From Spirochaetia bacterium (GTDB lineage: Bacteria > Spirochaetota > Spirochaetia > DSM-27196 > Salinispiraceae), in the NCBI GenBank assembly GCA_038204425.1, contig JBBRCZ010000008.1, positions 32,001 to 96,000 on the forward strand: 64,000 nt of DNA. The letters are read 5' to 3'. This document shows, piece by piece, positions 49,101-57,565 of this stretch (its first letter is position 1; every line of letters begins with the position of its first letter). The notes below the pieces were generated by a model. That model worked only from the letters and a program-made list of their open reading frames with translations, made no database searches and had not been told where the DNA came from. A program made the translations under genes and the position numbers.

Positions 49101-49729
49101 AGTCGCCTGAAGTCACCCTGCTCTTCCCTGGTGAAGAAGGACGATTTAACGGTGACATTCCGCTGCGCGGCACTGCAAATGACAACTTTGACCTAGAAGC
49201 CATAAATGTAACCCTGCGCGAAGGCGATAAGGCTGGATATGAAGTGCCAAGTGGCCTACAAGGCATGTATGTGGAAGCGGTGGTAGGCGGGCTAACAATA
49301 TGGGAAGTGGGCGTTGGCCTGACCTTCTTTGATGAGAACGTAAAATTGCAGACGGTCTTTGGATTTGCACCAGCTGGTCAGCGATTTGACGGTTACGTAA
49401 TGGGCGCCAAGCTGATTGCCAACGTACTCAAGCTACCGGGTGCCTTCCTCTTTGGGCCAGACCTGGACTTTTTCAGCATGAGCTTGGGTGTAGGTGCGCA
49501 GTTTAACTACGCCACTATGTCAGGCTCCGAGCTAGCTTTTGGCGACAACGGCGTGGTATTGGGAGCGGCCATAGTTCAACTGGAACTTGCGCGTTTGTTC
49601 TTTGAAGACTTACCGTTTTTGCGCACCTACGGCTTGTACATGGAGGGTCAGTTCTGGTTCGTCTCGTCAGATGTTTTGGCCGAGGTAATACCAAAATTAG
49701 CATTTGGCCTACGTGTTGGGCTCTTTTAA
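43133..49729 (+). CDS. 2198-aa exported protein with tandem bacterial Ig-like domains and probable C-terminal outer-membrane beta-barrel
   Basis: Signal peptide ending IFA-GGS; recurring D..P.V/I, G...DDDGI/V and A.D..GN units about 95 aa apart; amphipathic beta C-terminus ending LAFGLRVGLF. Confidence 0.8.
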   Translation: MKFKLKIIFFAFLSVQTFASIFAGGSAEQKPAQANGLRNWDHTLDISTKKPGLYNIVIEGRDRAGNVTVAGPFNIHVDPESDVPHVQINNPLSLQRVGGNLNIVGTAVDDDGIGYVELSLNGAEPVRAQGKEFWSLYFSVAEIEDGAHTLSAIAHDINGVPSKPISVVFNLDKHKPNNQIISHQNGVIVSGNLRFSGLVEDANQVASVELSEDGGKQFKAVYFQSEKNGLQARFDYAVDTKKFPDGPKVLWVRSRDKTGSVNASAFLVFVDNTIPDLRVIYPGKDAPVNGKVTIFGAAADVVGLKSLSWRWGDKKADMALVPGNPFFSQEFDLSKQSNGNFNVVFIAQDTAGNIREFSHSLKIDNEGDLPVASLHSPQAKSVHDDYLVLTASARDDDGIAALWYQLGQSPAVRLEGNGNFVQRIELGNAGQHTIGIWAEDIFGVKGKQISQSFQSWGPSPIIVVGKVNANQFSPGMTLISSTDNTIEGSIASFNGLKSLQFWVNGAKAQNASFQNTAKIGELSFKLALGKGLPFGILNVELEALDNAAKSSKNRILLFVRDDSKIQDEPSIVFEDKRIVGDRVQFDSDKPLDLYFAGGTAKSVRLLPESNLLKVNLDGNHISLLVLKAGITVPSKVVLTDVRGHSFETNAFVFATDYVAPQVTLAALSDKPYNKAPSISGKATDNLKLAKLQLSTSNVITVQEIALPATADGSFKIDLPASIWDANPDGLVIVKVTASDVSGLSSQQELTLIKDTTPPLIRAELGGNGFGSLWIVFGTVEESGLLQNLSYELDGSSNTLALLPDFAFSVTADTARSLTLNATDAAGNTGTLSLAIGLASGTATPQALLGPDGKPLPAAKPNARILYPKPGATSSSRQFVIALDNSLSIDALSAKIGGKVTEINYLAGSGIAYGKLEPLKPGTKELNLELGFLVAGKQEVNNSLRLSFDAELTRPKLEVQVNSGNVSASNARLSGAVIDSDGASELRYQVDNSAQVLQKLTDNLFSLDFSTLKPGKHTVKLFALDSLGNQSQTVDYGLTIDDQASQIIVQSVRTKSAVQDYRNGINLTLDDQTALVGQIIGTAAIKEAKISLNNQAEQSLALREQNGVRSFEFKIPRETSLGKQIWKLTARSENGQTSLASGVFYVLAAPNSSMDYADGLRFADPAVAAGEAMIVSNDKPLGAYLIGRPIKELIFSPPAAHLSASFEGRAIKIGAQEQGPRYKGILTAVSLDGDRYSSPVLDIITDSTAPEITLEMNDVQTWFKQTVSIKGTIRDNIASDKVSWTTLLPGELLAEKQFIDAKIAAASANTGVQTFTVDELGQNLSDGLFYLVIKASDTSGNQSLTYRALHKYSQPPLVQFLTPPVEEIVNGYLLLGGIVQTVSVLKELAWTADGTTFNELNLANDFSFFLDTQKNPLPRWAVRARDLVGNEVLLVPQLKLDPQKDLPVIEIQTPPPSEVQRNNFPIAGMVFDDDGVKAIYYRIDHKVLTTTSISANATRASSSTTSSTVAPRGRATTATSTTTTIAKVEALTPAIDLSTFVRLEGASSFSIPIDIVATGDNQHVIEMVAEDINGVLSPLISSTFRISTAEPQNAVLAPSNESSNRRIVAVNGKASDKNGIKEVRLSFDNGNSWHRATGTENWNYQFDTRTLKDGTYAIYIKTIDMYETEGDYTTLINIDNTPPSLILDDPVDGLVKKGKLYLSGRVDDQIGVSKIMLDIIPADAVASNKSVLSQTLALETVIQSTIDVGTLSPGWYTVRLSAFDRSDNVGYISRDIQIADANIPSRAELVYPRENEILSGFFTLSGQVKAEELPKQVGLYLDDTLLSLLEVSPEGWFHSEFSPEMLEDGKHNFTIKRASENEQVLQNVERTISYAQSGPWIRFTSQNPGDYVSKRPWLEGKAGYLLSEVKPSEEGPELEVWRQKNEDSQLVSIELSFDNGKTFSQVANSVQWRARLETQNFATGPIFILARAKFKGGKVATSHIALIIDEKSPEVTLLFPGEEGRFNGDIPLRGTANDNFDLEAINVTLREGDKAGYEVPSGLQGMYVEAVVGGLTIWEVGVGLTFFDENVKLQTVFGFAPAGQRFDGYVMGAKLIANVLKLPGAFLFGPDLDFFSMSLGVGAQFNYATMSGSELAFGDNGVVLGAAIVQLELARLFFEDLPFLRTYGLYMEGQFWFVSSDVLAEVIPKLAFGLRVGLF

Positions 49730-49738
49730 ATACTAGCT

Positions 49739-49765
49739 TCGCTGGGTCAATTATTGGCCCAGCGA
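49739..49765. terminator. Hairpin between convergent genes (likely bidirectional terminator)
   Basis: TCGCTGGGTCAA-TTA-TTGGCCCAGCGA. Confidence 0.65.
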
Positions 49766-49770
49766 TCACT

Positions 49771-50586
49771 TTACTGTTGAGTTTTTTTGGCTAGCTGAGA
49801 TTTTTCGGCTAGTTTGGCCTCATCCCAGAGTTGATCCATAAGCGTAAAGCTATCTTTGTCCATACTTACTTGCTTGACCTTCATAGCTTCTTCGACATAA
49901 CGAAAGCGTCGATCAAATTTGCTTATGGTTCTCTGTAAGGCCAACGAGGGATCTTTGCCAAGCGCGCGGACAACATTGATGACCGAAAACAAAACATCGC
50001 CCAGCTCGTCTTCCAGTGCGTCGCTATCCATAGCAATGCTGGCTTCTCGTGCTTCTGCCAACTCCTCCGCCACCTTGTCCCAAACCTTGCCGGTATCCTG
50101 CCAATCAAAACCAACTTTAGCGGCTTTTTTTTGCATCTTGTAGGCTCTCTCTAGTGGCGGTAGTGACTGAGAAACTTCGTCCATCAATGAGTCTTTCTTA
50201 CGTCGACCCTCAATATTTACCTTTATATCATTCCACTGCTGAACAACTTCCTGAGCATTGTCAACTTTGCTAGTGCCAAACACATGCGGGTGACGCCTAA
50301 TCAACTTCTGGTTGAGGTCGCTGAGTGTATCAGCTAAGCTAAAGTCAGCCTGCTGTTCATAAATATAAGTAAGCAAAGTAATTACCAAAAAAACATCTCC
50401 AAGTTCTTCCCTAACATGGTTGCTATCCTGGCTATTGATGGCTTCAACACATTCGTAAGCCTCTTCTATAAGATTGGCGCGTAAACTTTGCGGACTCTGT
50501 TCTTTGTCCCATGGGCAGCCCTCAGGCGAGCGTAAGCGTTTAATGATCTCGTATAATTCGCCAAAAGGCTCGGCTGGATTTTTCAT
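49771..50586 (-). CDS. mazG: Nucleoside triphosphate pyrophosphohydrolase MazG
   Basis: LRSPEGCPWD, EEAYE, EELGD, RRHPHVF, GFDW, second ExGD domain. Confidence 0.95.
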   Translation of the reverse strand: MKNPAEPFGELYEIIKRLRSPEGCPWDKEQSPQSLRANLIEEAYECVEAINSQDSNHVREELGDVFLVITLLTYIYEQQADFSLADTLSDLNQKLIRRHPHVFGTSKVDNAQEVVQQWNDIKVNIEGRRKKDSLMDEVSQSLPPLERAYKMQKKAAKVGFDWQDTGKVWDKVAEELAEAREASIAMDSDALEDELGDVLFSVINVVRALGKDPSLALQRTISKFDRRFRYVEEAMKVKQVSMDKDSFTLMDQLWDEAKLAEKSQLAKKTQQ

Positions 50587-50597
50587 AGCGCCACTGT

Positions 50598-50641
50598 AAC
50601 CCGCAAGGAAGCAAACCGCAACCCGCAAGGAAGCAAACCGC
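50598..50641. repeat. Perfect 22-bp tandem duplication AACCCGCAAGGAAGCAAACCGC x2
   Basis: Identical copies at 50598-50619 and 50620-50641 in a divergent intergenic region. Confidence 0.92.
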
Positions 50642-50650
50642 AAGTTACCA

Positions 50651-50680
50651 TTGCATCTAAGGCTTGTTCTTGCCTATAAA
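50651..50680 (+). promoter_or_regulatory. Possible sigma-70 promoter of the 880-aa gene
   Basis: TTGCAT-18bp-TATAAA; GAGG RBS before TTG 50715. Confidence 0.45.
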
Positions 50681-50714
50681 TAAGATAGACTACGGTAAAC
50701 CGAGGAAATAAACA

Positions 50715-53357
50715 TTGAAAATCAAAAAAATTCTAATACCCTTGCTTGTGTTGATCCTAATCCCTATTTTGGTACTTGGTGTATCTCTGGTGCTAACACT
50801 AGTTAAGCTCGAACATCCCTGGAAGCATATACCAGCCGACTATTCCGCCTATGTTCGTATTGATTCCCTAACTGGACTGCATGACGAATGGCTTGCAGGT
50901 AGTCCTTTGCGGGCAATTTTGCAGGACGATCAGTCATTATCAGGCTTTGAGTCGCTATTCCGTACGCTTGGTGCAAGTGGCTTTGCCAGCAATCAAGTGC
51001 TGCGAACTATAGCCGATACCAACGCTCACATTGTAGTAGGAAAAGACGATTCACTTTTGATAATTATAGATCTTGGCTGGCGATCGGCGCTAACTAGAGT
51101 TGTTCTACCTTTTGCAGGCACTTTTGGCGTGCCGGGTCTTGCCAGATCCGACGAGGATGGGATAGCTTGGTTTTCTTACGGCACAGGGCGCAGCCAACCA
51201 CTTTTGGCTCATATCAGAGAAAACCTGCTTTACCTCAGTTTTGAACGAAAAACAATATCAAAAGCTCTGGCTTTGGCGGGCGGACCCGACAGTCTTTTTG
51301 TAGCCGAAAGAAGCCCAATCATAGAAAAGTTTTCGCAAGCTACTCTGAGTAGGCAGGCCAAGCTCTCGTTGTTAGTTGATGGACAAACAATAAATAAAAT
51401 TCTGGCCGGTTCTGGCGAGCAAGCTGCCCGGTTTGGCTCGTCATTGGTTTGGAATGATAAAGTCTTGCTAAGTGCCAGCATTGATGAAAAAAGACTCGAT
51501 CTGCATTTAGAAAGCAGTCTCAAATCTGGCGATCAAGCTTGGTCGGGACTATGGGAGAGCGTCAGCGGAGATTTGCCGTCACTGGCTCGCATCCCAGAAT
51601 CAGCCTACTTTTACACCGCCTTTAGAGCACGAGACAGCAAAATATTGGTCAACAGTTGGGCTGCCTTGAGCGGCGCAGATGCACTTGCCATCCTCAAACA
51701 AGCCGAAGATGGTGCTAGGACACTTTTTGGCGTTGGCCTCGATCAACTATTGTGGTCCTGGTTTAATGGCGAAGCCGGCATCTTTTATCTGGGAGACAGT
51801 CGCGAACCCGTCGTATTTCTTGGCGTAAACGATGTCGCCACAATGGAGTCGGTGCTGCAACGCCTAGACCAAAGCTTGGTCTTGGATATTGACAAGAGCC
51901 TCTTGCTAGACGGCGTAGCTGTCAACCGCATTGCCTTACCTGAGTTCTTTAAAGCCCTGCTCGGACTAATGGGTTTGGAAATTGAGACTCCCTACTTTAT
52001 GCACAAAGACGGCTTTATTTACTTTTCTATGCAAGCTCGCAATTTGGCACGATTAGAAATTGAAGGGCGTGAAGGCAAGCTTTTGCAGCGCAGTTTGGCA
52101 TTTAAAGACTTGGTTGGCGACTCAAGTCGAGATGCCTCATTTTTTGTCTACTACGACCTAGACAAGACCACACCTTTTTATCTAAACAGTCCAGGACTAC
52201 ATAACCGACTTTTACGCAAGTTTAATCGCGGCATCGCGGCCTTATATCCGCGCGGAACCGGACTTGACTTAAGAATCTCTGGCCTAAAAACAAGTGCACA
52301 GGGACTTAAGAACTACGCACGATTTCCAATGGAACTTGAGGGTGGACTTCTGGGTGAGCCGGCGATTTGGTTTGATCGCTATGCCAACGAGGCCATGGTC
52401 GCTTGGCTTGACGACTCGCAGTATCTGCGTGTAAAGGGCTTGTCAGAACAGCGCAGCCGTCTGGAATTTGCAGCCGAATCGGCTCAGCTTATAAGTCCAA
52501 GTTGGGAAAGTAAACTTTCTTGGACCAATCCCAAGGGTCAACTTTTTAGAGTCAATCTTGATGCTAGTCCGGAACTGGGCTTTCCATTGCAAACTACGGC
52601 CCAAACTAGTGTTAAGCCCTTGTTGCTTGGGTCTGACTTGCTGTTTTTTAGTCGCTCCGAATCACGATTTATAAGAATTGATCCCAAGGCTGGTCAACAT
52701 GCGTGGGGTGAGGTTCTAAACGGCCTCGTTCTTCATCAAGCAGTTTGGGATGGCAAGGATGCGGTTGCTTGGTCAATCAAAGACTTTGAATCACCCGTTT
52801 ACCTTGCCAAAAAAGATGGCAGCGTACTGCCTGGTTGGCCGGTTAATGGTGGCGGAATAAGTCTATCGGGGCCAACGTTGTTTGAAGATCAAGGTCAAAC
52901 CAAGCTTGCTTTTTTGAGTCAGGAAGGCGTTTTAAGTGTTTGGAACAAAGAGGGCCAGACACAAACTGGTTTTCCTGTAGAACTTGAAGGTACTTACCAT
53001 GCTCAAGCGCAAATCCTTCGTTCAAAAACTACTTACCTCATTGCGGTTATTTCAACGCTTGGACAATTGTCCTTGTACGACAAGCAAGGCCAGCTACTTG
53101 TGAGTCGGACGCTCAGAAATGCCGACCTGGACGCCAAATTAGTTAGCTTGGACTTAAAGTCCGACCTCGAAGAAAAATTGTTTGTCTACGGTGGCAAAAA
53201 TACGATTGACGCTTTTGATCGCAACCTCGAGGTGGTGGAAGGATTTCCCTTGGCAGGCTACGGCAAGCCTCAACTGCTCGATCTTGATCGCGACAATAAT
53301 ATGGAACTAGTAACTTGGGGATTTGAAGGAAGATTATATGTTTATAGCTTCAACTAG
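50715..53357 (+). CDS. Membrane-anchored 880-aa protein with C-terminal beta-propeller (FG-GAP-like) region
   Basis: N-terminal TM; repeated GFP/GWP blade motifs; LDLDRDNNMELV resembles a Ca-binding loop; N-terminal half possibly DUF3352-like (unverified). Confidence 0.6.
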   Translation: MKIKKILIPLLVLILIPILVLGVSLVLTLVKLEHPWKHIPADYSAYVRIDSLTGLHDEWLAGSPLRAILQDDQSLSGFESLFRTLGASGFASNQVLRTIADTNAHIVVGKDDSLLIIIDLGWRSALTRVVLPFAGTFGVPGLARSDEDGIAWFSYGTGRSQPLLAHIRENLLYLSFERKTISKALALAGGPDSLFVAERSPIIEKFSQATLSRQAKLSLLVDGQTINKILAGSGEQAARFGSSLVWNDKVLLSASIDEKRLDLHLESSLKSGDQAWSGLWESVSGDLPSLARIPESAYFYTAFRARDSKILVNSWAALSGADALAILKQAEDGARTLFGVGLDQLLWSWFNGEAGIFYLGDSREPVVFLGVNDVATMESVLQRLDQSLVLDIDKSLLLDGVAVNRIALPEFFKALLGLMGLEIETPYFMHKDGFIYFSMQARNLARLEIEGREGKLLQRSLAFKDLVGDSSRDASFFVYYDLDKTTPFYLNSPGLHNRLLRKFNRGIAALYPRGTGLDLRISGLKTSAQGLKNYARFPMELEGGLLGEPAIWFDRYANEAMVAWLDDSQYLRVKGLSEQRSRLEFAAESAQLISPSWESKLSWTNPKGQLFRVNLDASPELGFPLQTTAQTSVKPLLLGSDLLFFSRSESRFIRIDPKAGQHAWGEVLNGLVLHQAVWDGKDAVAWSIKDFESPVYLAKKDGSVLPGWPVNGGGISLSGPTLFEDQGQTKLAFLSQEGVLSVWNKEGQTQTGFPVELEGTYHAQAQILRSKTTYLIAVISTLGQLSLYDKQGQLLVSRTLRNADLDAKLVSLDLKSDLEEKLFVYGGKNTIDAFDRNLEVVEGFPLAGYGKPQLLDLDRDNNMELVTWGFEGRLYVYSFN

Positions 53358-53376
53358 ACAAGAAGTAAGGCTTAGC

Positions 53377-54447
53377 ATGCGCAAGCGTGCGCTGGCGGCT
53401 TTGATAGTTATCTGTGCTTTTTTGCTAGCCTCATGCGGGACATTCTCGCAGACGGTGGTGCGCTCAAGCCCCGACAAAGGCAGTTACCAGCGCCTGTCGG
53501 CGTTGGAAGAAAAAATTGCTTCAATAGCCGCTGGGCAGCTGACCGACGCACAAAACATGCTTGAAGAAGCAAAGTACTTGCTTGACACCTACCTCTGGGA
53601 ACGCCACGAGCAAGCCCGTATTTGGGGCATACGCGGGCAAATTGCTTGGTATACCAGCCGTAGTGACCTCTTGTCATTGTCACTAAGTACGCTAGAAAAA
53701 CTCGCTGCAAGCGGCACACACGCTATCTTGCTCAAGTCTCGTGTGGAAACCGATTTAAGCCAAGCCCTCAAAATACTTGACCAGAGCTTTGATCCTGACG
53801 CAAAAGACAAGGACCCAAGTACAGCCTTGCTGAGAGCAGAACGCGCGCGCCGGCTTTTTGCTGCCGGGCAATGGAAGCAGGCCGCCGCTGAGTTTGACCG
53901 CGCATTTTTGGGGCTCAGCCAAGCTTGGATTGCTGTTTATAAAGATGCAAGAAACCAGGCCTTCCAAAAGCGCGACCTAGTGCCAGCAAAAAGTGACAAA
54001 GAAGCGGCCTTACTTGGCAAAGATGCATTGGATGTTGAAAGTCTTATTGGTTTGGCTCTGCTAAGAAGCAAAGCACTCGATGGCTTTGGCAAAGAGTCAA
54101 TTGAAGCCTTGGCAAATCTGGCCTTTAAGTTAGATCAGCTTGGTATGCTCAAACGAAAACAGCAAGGACTTGACGCCTCTCAAAACCGGCTGGAACTTGC
54201 ATGGTTCCTTTTTTCCTTGGTAGCAGCTCAGGAAGGCAATCGCGCTGTGCCGGAAAACGATCGTCGCCGAAGCGCCAGCCCAATCGCTGATCTTGAGCGC
54301 AGCTCTGAGTTCTTCTTTGCTGTACTTGGTGTTGTTCGTCGTGAGCTTATGGATTTGCGCTCAGGCAATAAATTTGAAGGTGAGGCAACTGTCAGCATCC
54401 AAGAATACTTGAAAGCGCTCGATGCGTACCGGAAGCTCTACCCATGA
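53377..54447 (+). CDS. Lipoprotein with TPR-like helices and SLH-like C-terminus
   Basis: Lipobox LASC; AAGQWKQAAAEFDRAF; IADL...FFFAVLGVVRRELM...KFEGEATVS. Confidence 0.65.
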   Translation: MRKRALAALIVICAFLLASCGTFSQTVVRSSPDKGSYQRLSALEEKIASIAAGQLTDAQNMLEEAKYLLDTYLWERHEQARIWGIRGQIAWYTSRSDLLSLSLSTLEKLAASGTHAILLKSRVETDLSQALKILDQSFDPDAKDKDPSTALLRAERARRLFAAGQWKQAAAEFDRAFLGLSQAWIAVYKDARNQAFQKRDLVPAKSDKEAALLGKDALDVESLIGLALLRSKALDGFGKESIEALANLAFKLDQLGMLKRKQQGLDASQNRLELAWFLFSLVAAQEGNRAVPENDRRRSASPIADLERSSEFFFAVLGVVRRELMDLRSGNKFEGEATVSIQEYLKALDAYRKLYP

Positions 54448-54779
54448 TTCAGGTAATTGGAAGCAAGAAAGATCGCAGAACTCAAAAAATTCAACGTTAT
54501 GCTGCTGAGAGAAAAATTAAGATACATCTGAGAGACATCAGTGAAAAGCCACTCAGCGAAGGCGAACTTGACAACTGTGCCCAAGTCTTAGGTGGCCATA
54601 AAAACCTGATAGATCAAGACTCTTTGGCTTATCAAAAACGAGGTCTTGCCCACATGGACTTTCAAGCCCGAGAAGAACTGTTGGCAAACGTCATGCTGCT
54701 CAAAATTCCCATCGTCCGAGTCGACAAAAAAGCTTGGTTACAACCTGATGATGCGGTGCTGGCTCAGATATTTACCTGA
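54444..54779 (+). CDS. ArsC/Spx/YffB-family protein
   Basis: MIQVIGSKK, DISEKPLSEGEL, LLKIPIVR; N-terminal Cys missing. Confidence 0.8.
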   Translation: MIQVIGSKKDRRTQKIQRYAAERKIKIHLRDISEKPLSEGELDNCAQVLGGHKNLIDQDSLAYQKRGLAHMDFQAREELLANVMLLKIPIVRVDKKAWLQPDDAVLAQIFT

Positions 54780-54792
54780 GCCAGCCAGCAAA

Positions 54793-55386
54793 TCAACCAA
54801 AACTAATAGAAGAACTTTGACGGCCTTCAATCAACAAAAGCATGATTAGAGCAGCGATGCCCAATCGCCTATCGATCTTTTTGGCACTATCCAGGGAGTA
54901 ATCCGCCTCAAACTTGTGCACAAAAAAGGCAAATTTTTGATCGATTGTTGCCAGAGGTGTTTGGTCGCTGTTACTTAGGATTTGATAGTGCTGCGGAATC
55001 AGAGATATCAACTTTGACAAAATTGCCATGCCCATTGAGGTTTCAGTGACTTTAGCGATAACCGTGTCGCTGCTGTCCATCAAGATCCATTCGTCTTTAA
55101 CTATGGACTTAAAACCTTTGCGCTTGAGAGCACCAACTTTTTGTCCAGTTGCAACATCGGTGACGTCGTAGGCAGCAGAAAAGTCAATTATTTGACGAGC
55201 TTTGATGTTTAAAAGTGGGACTGTCATTGCCTCATCTGAATAGACAGTAATGTCCTCTCTGAGTTTAAAGAGCTTCTGTTTAACGTAGGCCAAAAGATTT
55301 CCTTGTTCGTCCTCTATAAAAACTTGTCCGGCCAGTGCCCAAAACTTCTTGCGAGCCCGTACCTTATCAGTGTCAAATTGCGCCAT
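54793..55386 (-). CDS. LURP-one/scramblase (Tubby-C-like) protein
   Basis: YVKQKLFKLREDITVY, IIDFSAAYDV, VGALKRKG, DRRLGIA; ATG 55386 with AAGGAG RBS. Confidence 0.7.
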   Translation of the reverse strand: MAQFDTDKVRARKKFWALAGQVFIEDEQGNLLAYVKQKLFKLREDITVYSDEAMTVPLLNIKARQIIDFSAAYDVTDVATGQKVGALKRKGFKSIVKDEWILMDSSDTVIAKVTETSMGMAILSKLISLIPQHYQILSNSDQTPLATIDQKFAFFVHKFEADYSLDSAKKIDRRLGIAALIMLLLIEGRQSSSISFG

Positions 55387-55547
55387 CCAAATCTCCTTAT
55401 TTATCAAAGTATAGGGCAAGTGCTCCAAGGCAACAAGTAAGCAGAAATTTATAGTACCTAAAGAAGTAAGGTCTCAGGGCTTGTTTTTTTGCCTTAGTCC
55501 GGCTACAAAGACTGCTCAAGTTGCGAACAATAAATGAGGATTAAACT

Positions 55548-56546
55548 ATGTGGTTAAAAATAGCTCAGGATATAATGGACGGAGGACAGTTGACGAGAGA
55601 GCAGGCTTTGAGTTTGCTCAAGGCGGATGATGTTGATTGTTTGCAAATCGTCGACGCTGCAGCCCGACTGCGCCGTAAGTATTTTGGCAACACCGTAAAG
55701 GTCAATATTCTGACCAACGCCAAGCGCGCACTGTGCGCAGAAGACTGCCATTATTGTGGCCAATCCAAAGATGCAGAAAACAGCGAAGGCAAGCATCCTT
55801 TTGTGCCTGGCGATGAGCTTTTGGAACAAGCACGGGCCGCCAAAGCAGCTGGCGCAGCCCGCTTTTGCGTAACAATGGCGGTCCGCACACCGAGCTGGAG
55901 CGTGGTCAATCAGCTGGCTGACAGCGCCCGCAGTATCAAGAGCGAACTTGGTATGGAAGTTTGTGCGTCGCTTGGCCTAATGACTGGTACTATTGGCAAA
56001 GACAAACTCAAGTTTTTGAGCGAAAATGGTGTTGATGCTTATAATCACAACCTCAACACTCACCGTGACATTTACCCAAGTATTTGCACTACTCACACCT
56101 ATGACGATAGACTAGAAACTATTCGCAACGCCAGAGAGGCCGGCTTGTCGGTATGCAGTGGCCTAATAGTGGGCATGGGAGAGAGCGACGAACAAATGGT
56201 TGACCTTGCCTTTAGCCTGCGAGACGAAGACGTCGAAAGTATCCCGGTCAATTTCCTTATTCCTGTTGAGGGCACCAAGATGGGAAACAAAGGTACAACC
56301 GATCACTTTACGCCATGGAAGTGTCTCAAGTACTTGTCACTGTTTAGAATGGTACACCCCAAGGCTGAGCTGCGCGCCTCAGCCGGCCGCGAAGTGCATA
56401 TCCGCAGTCTGCAAGCGCTGGCGCTGATGGTAGCAAACAGCATTTTTGCCGATGGCTATCTAACCCAAGATGGTCAAGGTGCCGACAAAGACATGGCCAT
56501 GATTGCTGACCTTGGACTTGTACCGGTGGAATTTAACTATTCTTGA
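55548..56546 (+). CDS. bioB: Biotin synthase
   Basis: CAEDCHYC radical-SAM motif, RFC, VCASLG, YNHNL, CSG, SIPVNFL, AGRE, ANSIF. Confidence 0.95.
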   Translation: MWLKIAQDIMDGGQLTREQALSLLKADDVDCLQIVDAAARLRRKYFGNTVKVNILTNAKRALCAEDCHYCGQSKDAENSEGKHPFVPGDELLEQARAAKAAGAARFCVTMAVRTPSWSVVNQLADSARSIKSELGMEVCASLGLMTGTIGKDKLKFLSENGVDAYNHNLNTHRDIYPSICTTHTYDDRLETIRNAREAGLSVCSGLIVGMGESDEQMVDLAFSLRDEDVESIPVNFLIPVEGTKMGNKGTTDHFTPWKCLKYLSLFRMVHPKAELRASAGREVHIRSLQALALMVANSIFADGYLTQDGQGADKDMAMIADLGLVPVEFNYS

Positions 56547-57478
56547 AGCTTCTCCGTCTTGCTCGACAAAGCTTCTAAATTAAAAGGCGTAGCTTGGTAG
56601 ACCGAATAGTTTAGCCAGTTAGCGTACAACAAGTGGGCATGAGCGCGCCAGGTCAAACGTGGGGCAGCGCTAATGTCGTCTGACGGAAAATAGTGGGCTG
56701 GCACCTCAATTGGCAAGCCTTTGTTGAGGTCGCGATGGTACTCGGCACCCAGCGAGTGGCAGTCGTACTCAGGGTGGCCGGTTACAAATATCTGACGGCC
56801 ATCACGAGACACCACCATAAACACACCTGCTTCATCTGACTCGGCCAAGAGTTTAAGCTTACTTTTTATGAGTATGTCTTCTCGTCTGACTTCCGTATGG
56901 CGAGAATGCGGCGCAATAAACACTTCGTCAAAGCCACGCACAATAGGCTCATATTTGTCCAAAATTCGATGTTCAAAAACGCCAAAGGTCTTTTTCTCCA
57001 AGGCGTACTTGGGCACTCCGTAGTGATGATAGAGTCCCGCTTGGGCTCCCCAGCAAATATGCAGGGTAGAAAAAACATTGCTCAGGCTCCAGTCCAAGAT
57101 CTTTTTCATCTCTGGCCAATAGTCCACCTCTTCAAAGGGCAAATTTTCTACTGGAGCGCCCGTAATAACCAAACCGTCGAATCTACGATCTTTGATTTGA
57201 TCAAAGGTGGCGTAGAAGGCTTGCATGTGTTCAGCGGCGGTGTTCTTGCTTTGATGACTATCCATGTGCAAGAGCGTAATTTCTATTTGCAGAGGTGTAT
57301 TGCCCAAAAGACGCAAGAGCTGCGTCTCGGTTTCTATCTTGGTGGGCATTAGGTTGAGAATCACTATCTGAAGTGGCCTAATGTCTTGCAGCTCGGCCCG
57401 CTCAGAGGTCATGACGAAGATGTTCTCTTCTTGCAAACGAGAGGTGGCTGGTAGGTTTTGTGGAATTCTAACCGGCAT
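56537..57478 (-). CDS. metA: Homoserine O-acyltransferase MetA (probably acetyl-CoA-using MetAA type)
   Basis: [34 protein letters not shown] has Glu at the acyl-specificity position, the known acetyl-type marker. Confidence 0.95.
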   Translation of the reverse strand: MPVRIPQNLPATSRLQEENIFVMTSERAELQDIRPLQIVILNLMPTKIETETQLLRLLGNTPLQIEITLLHMDSHQSKNTAAEHMQAFYATFDQIKDRRFDGLVITGAPVENLPFEEVDYWPEMKKILDWSLSNVFSTLHICWGAQAGLYHHYGVPKYALEKKTFGVFEHRILDKYEPIVRGFDEVFIAPHSRHTEVRREDILIKSKLKLLAESDEAGVFMVVSRDGRQIFVTGHPEYDCHSLGAEYHRDLNKGLPIEVPAHYFPSDDISAAPRLTWRAHAHLLYANWLNYSVYQATPFNLEALSSKTEKLQE

Positions 57479-57565
57479 AGCATGCTCCTTTCCCTGAGGG
57501 TGGAAAGAATATACTAAATTTTTTGAGTTATGTCCGCTAAAATGACAGCAAAACTGCTTGAGGAT

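Noticed and set aside
50598..50641. Tandem 22-mers, or the 21-mers at 8269-8316, as a mini-CRISPR array
   Set aside because: Only two copies, no spacer of CRISPR length and no cas genes.
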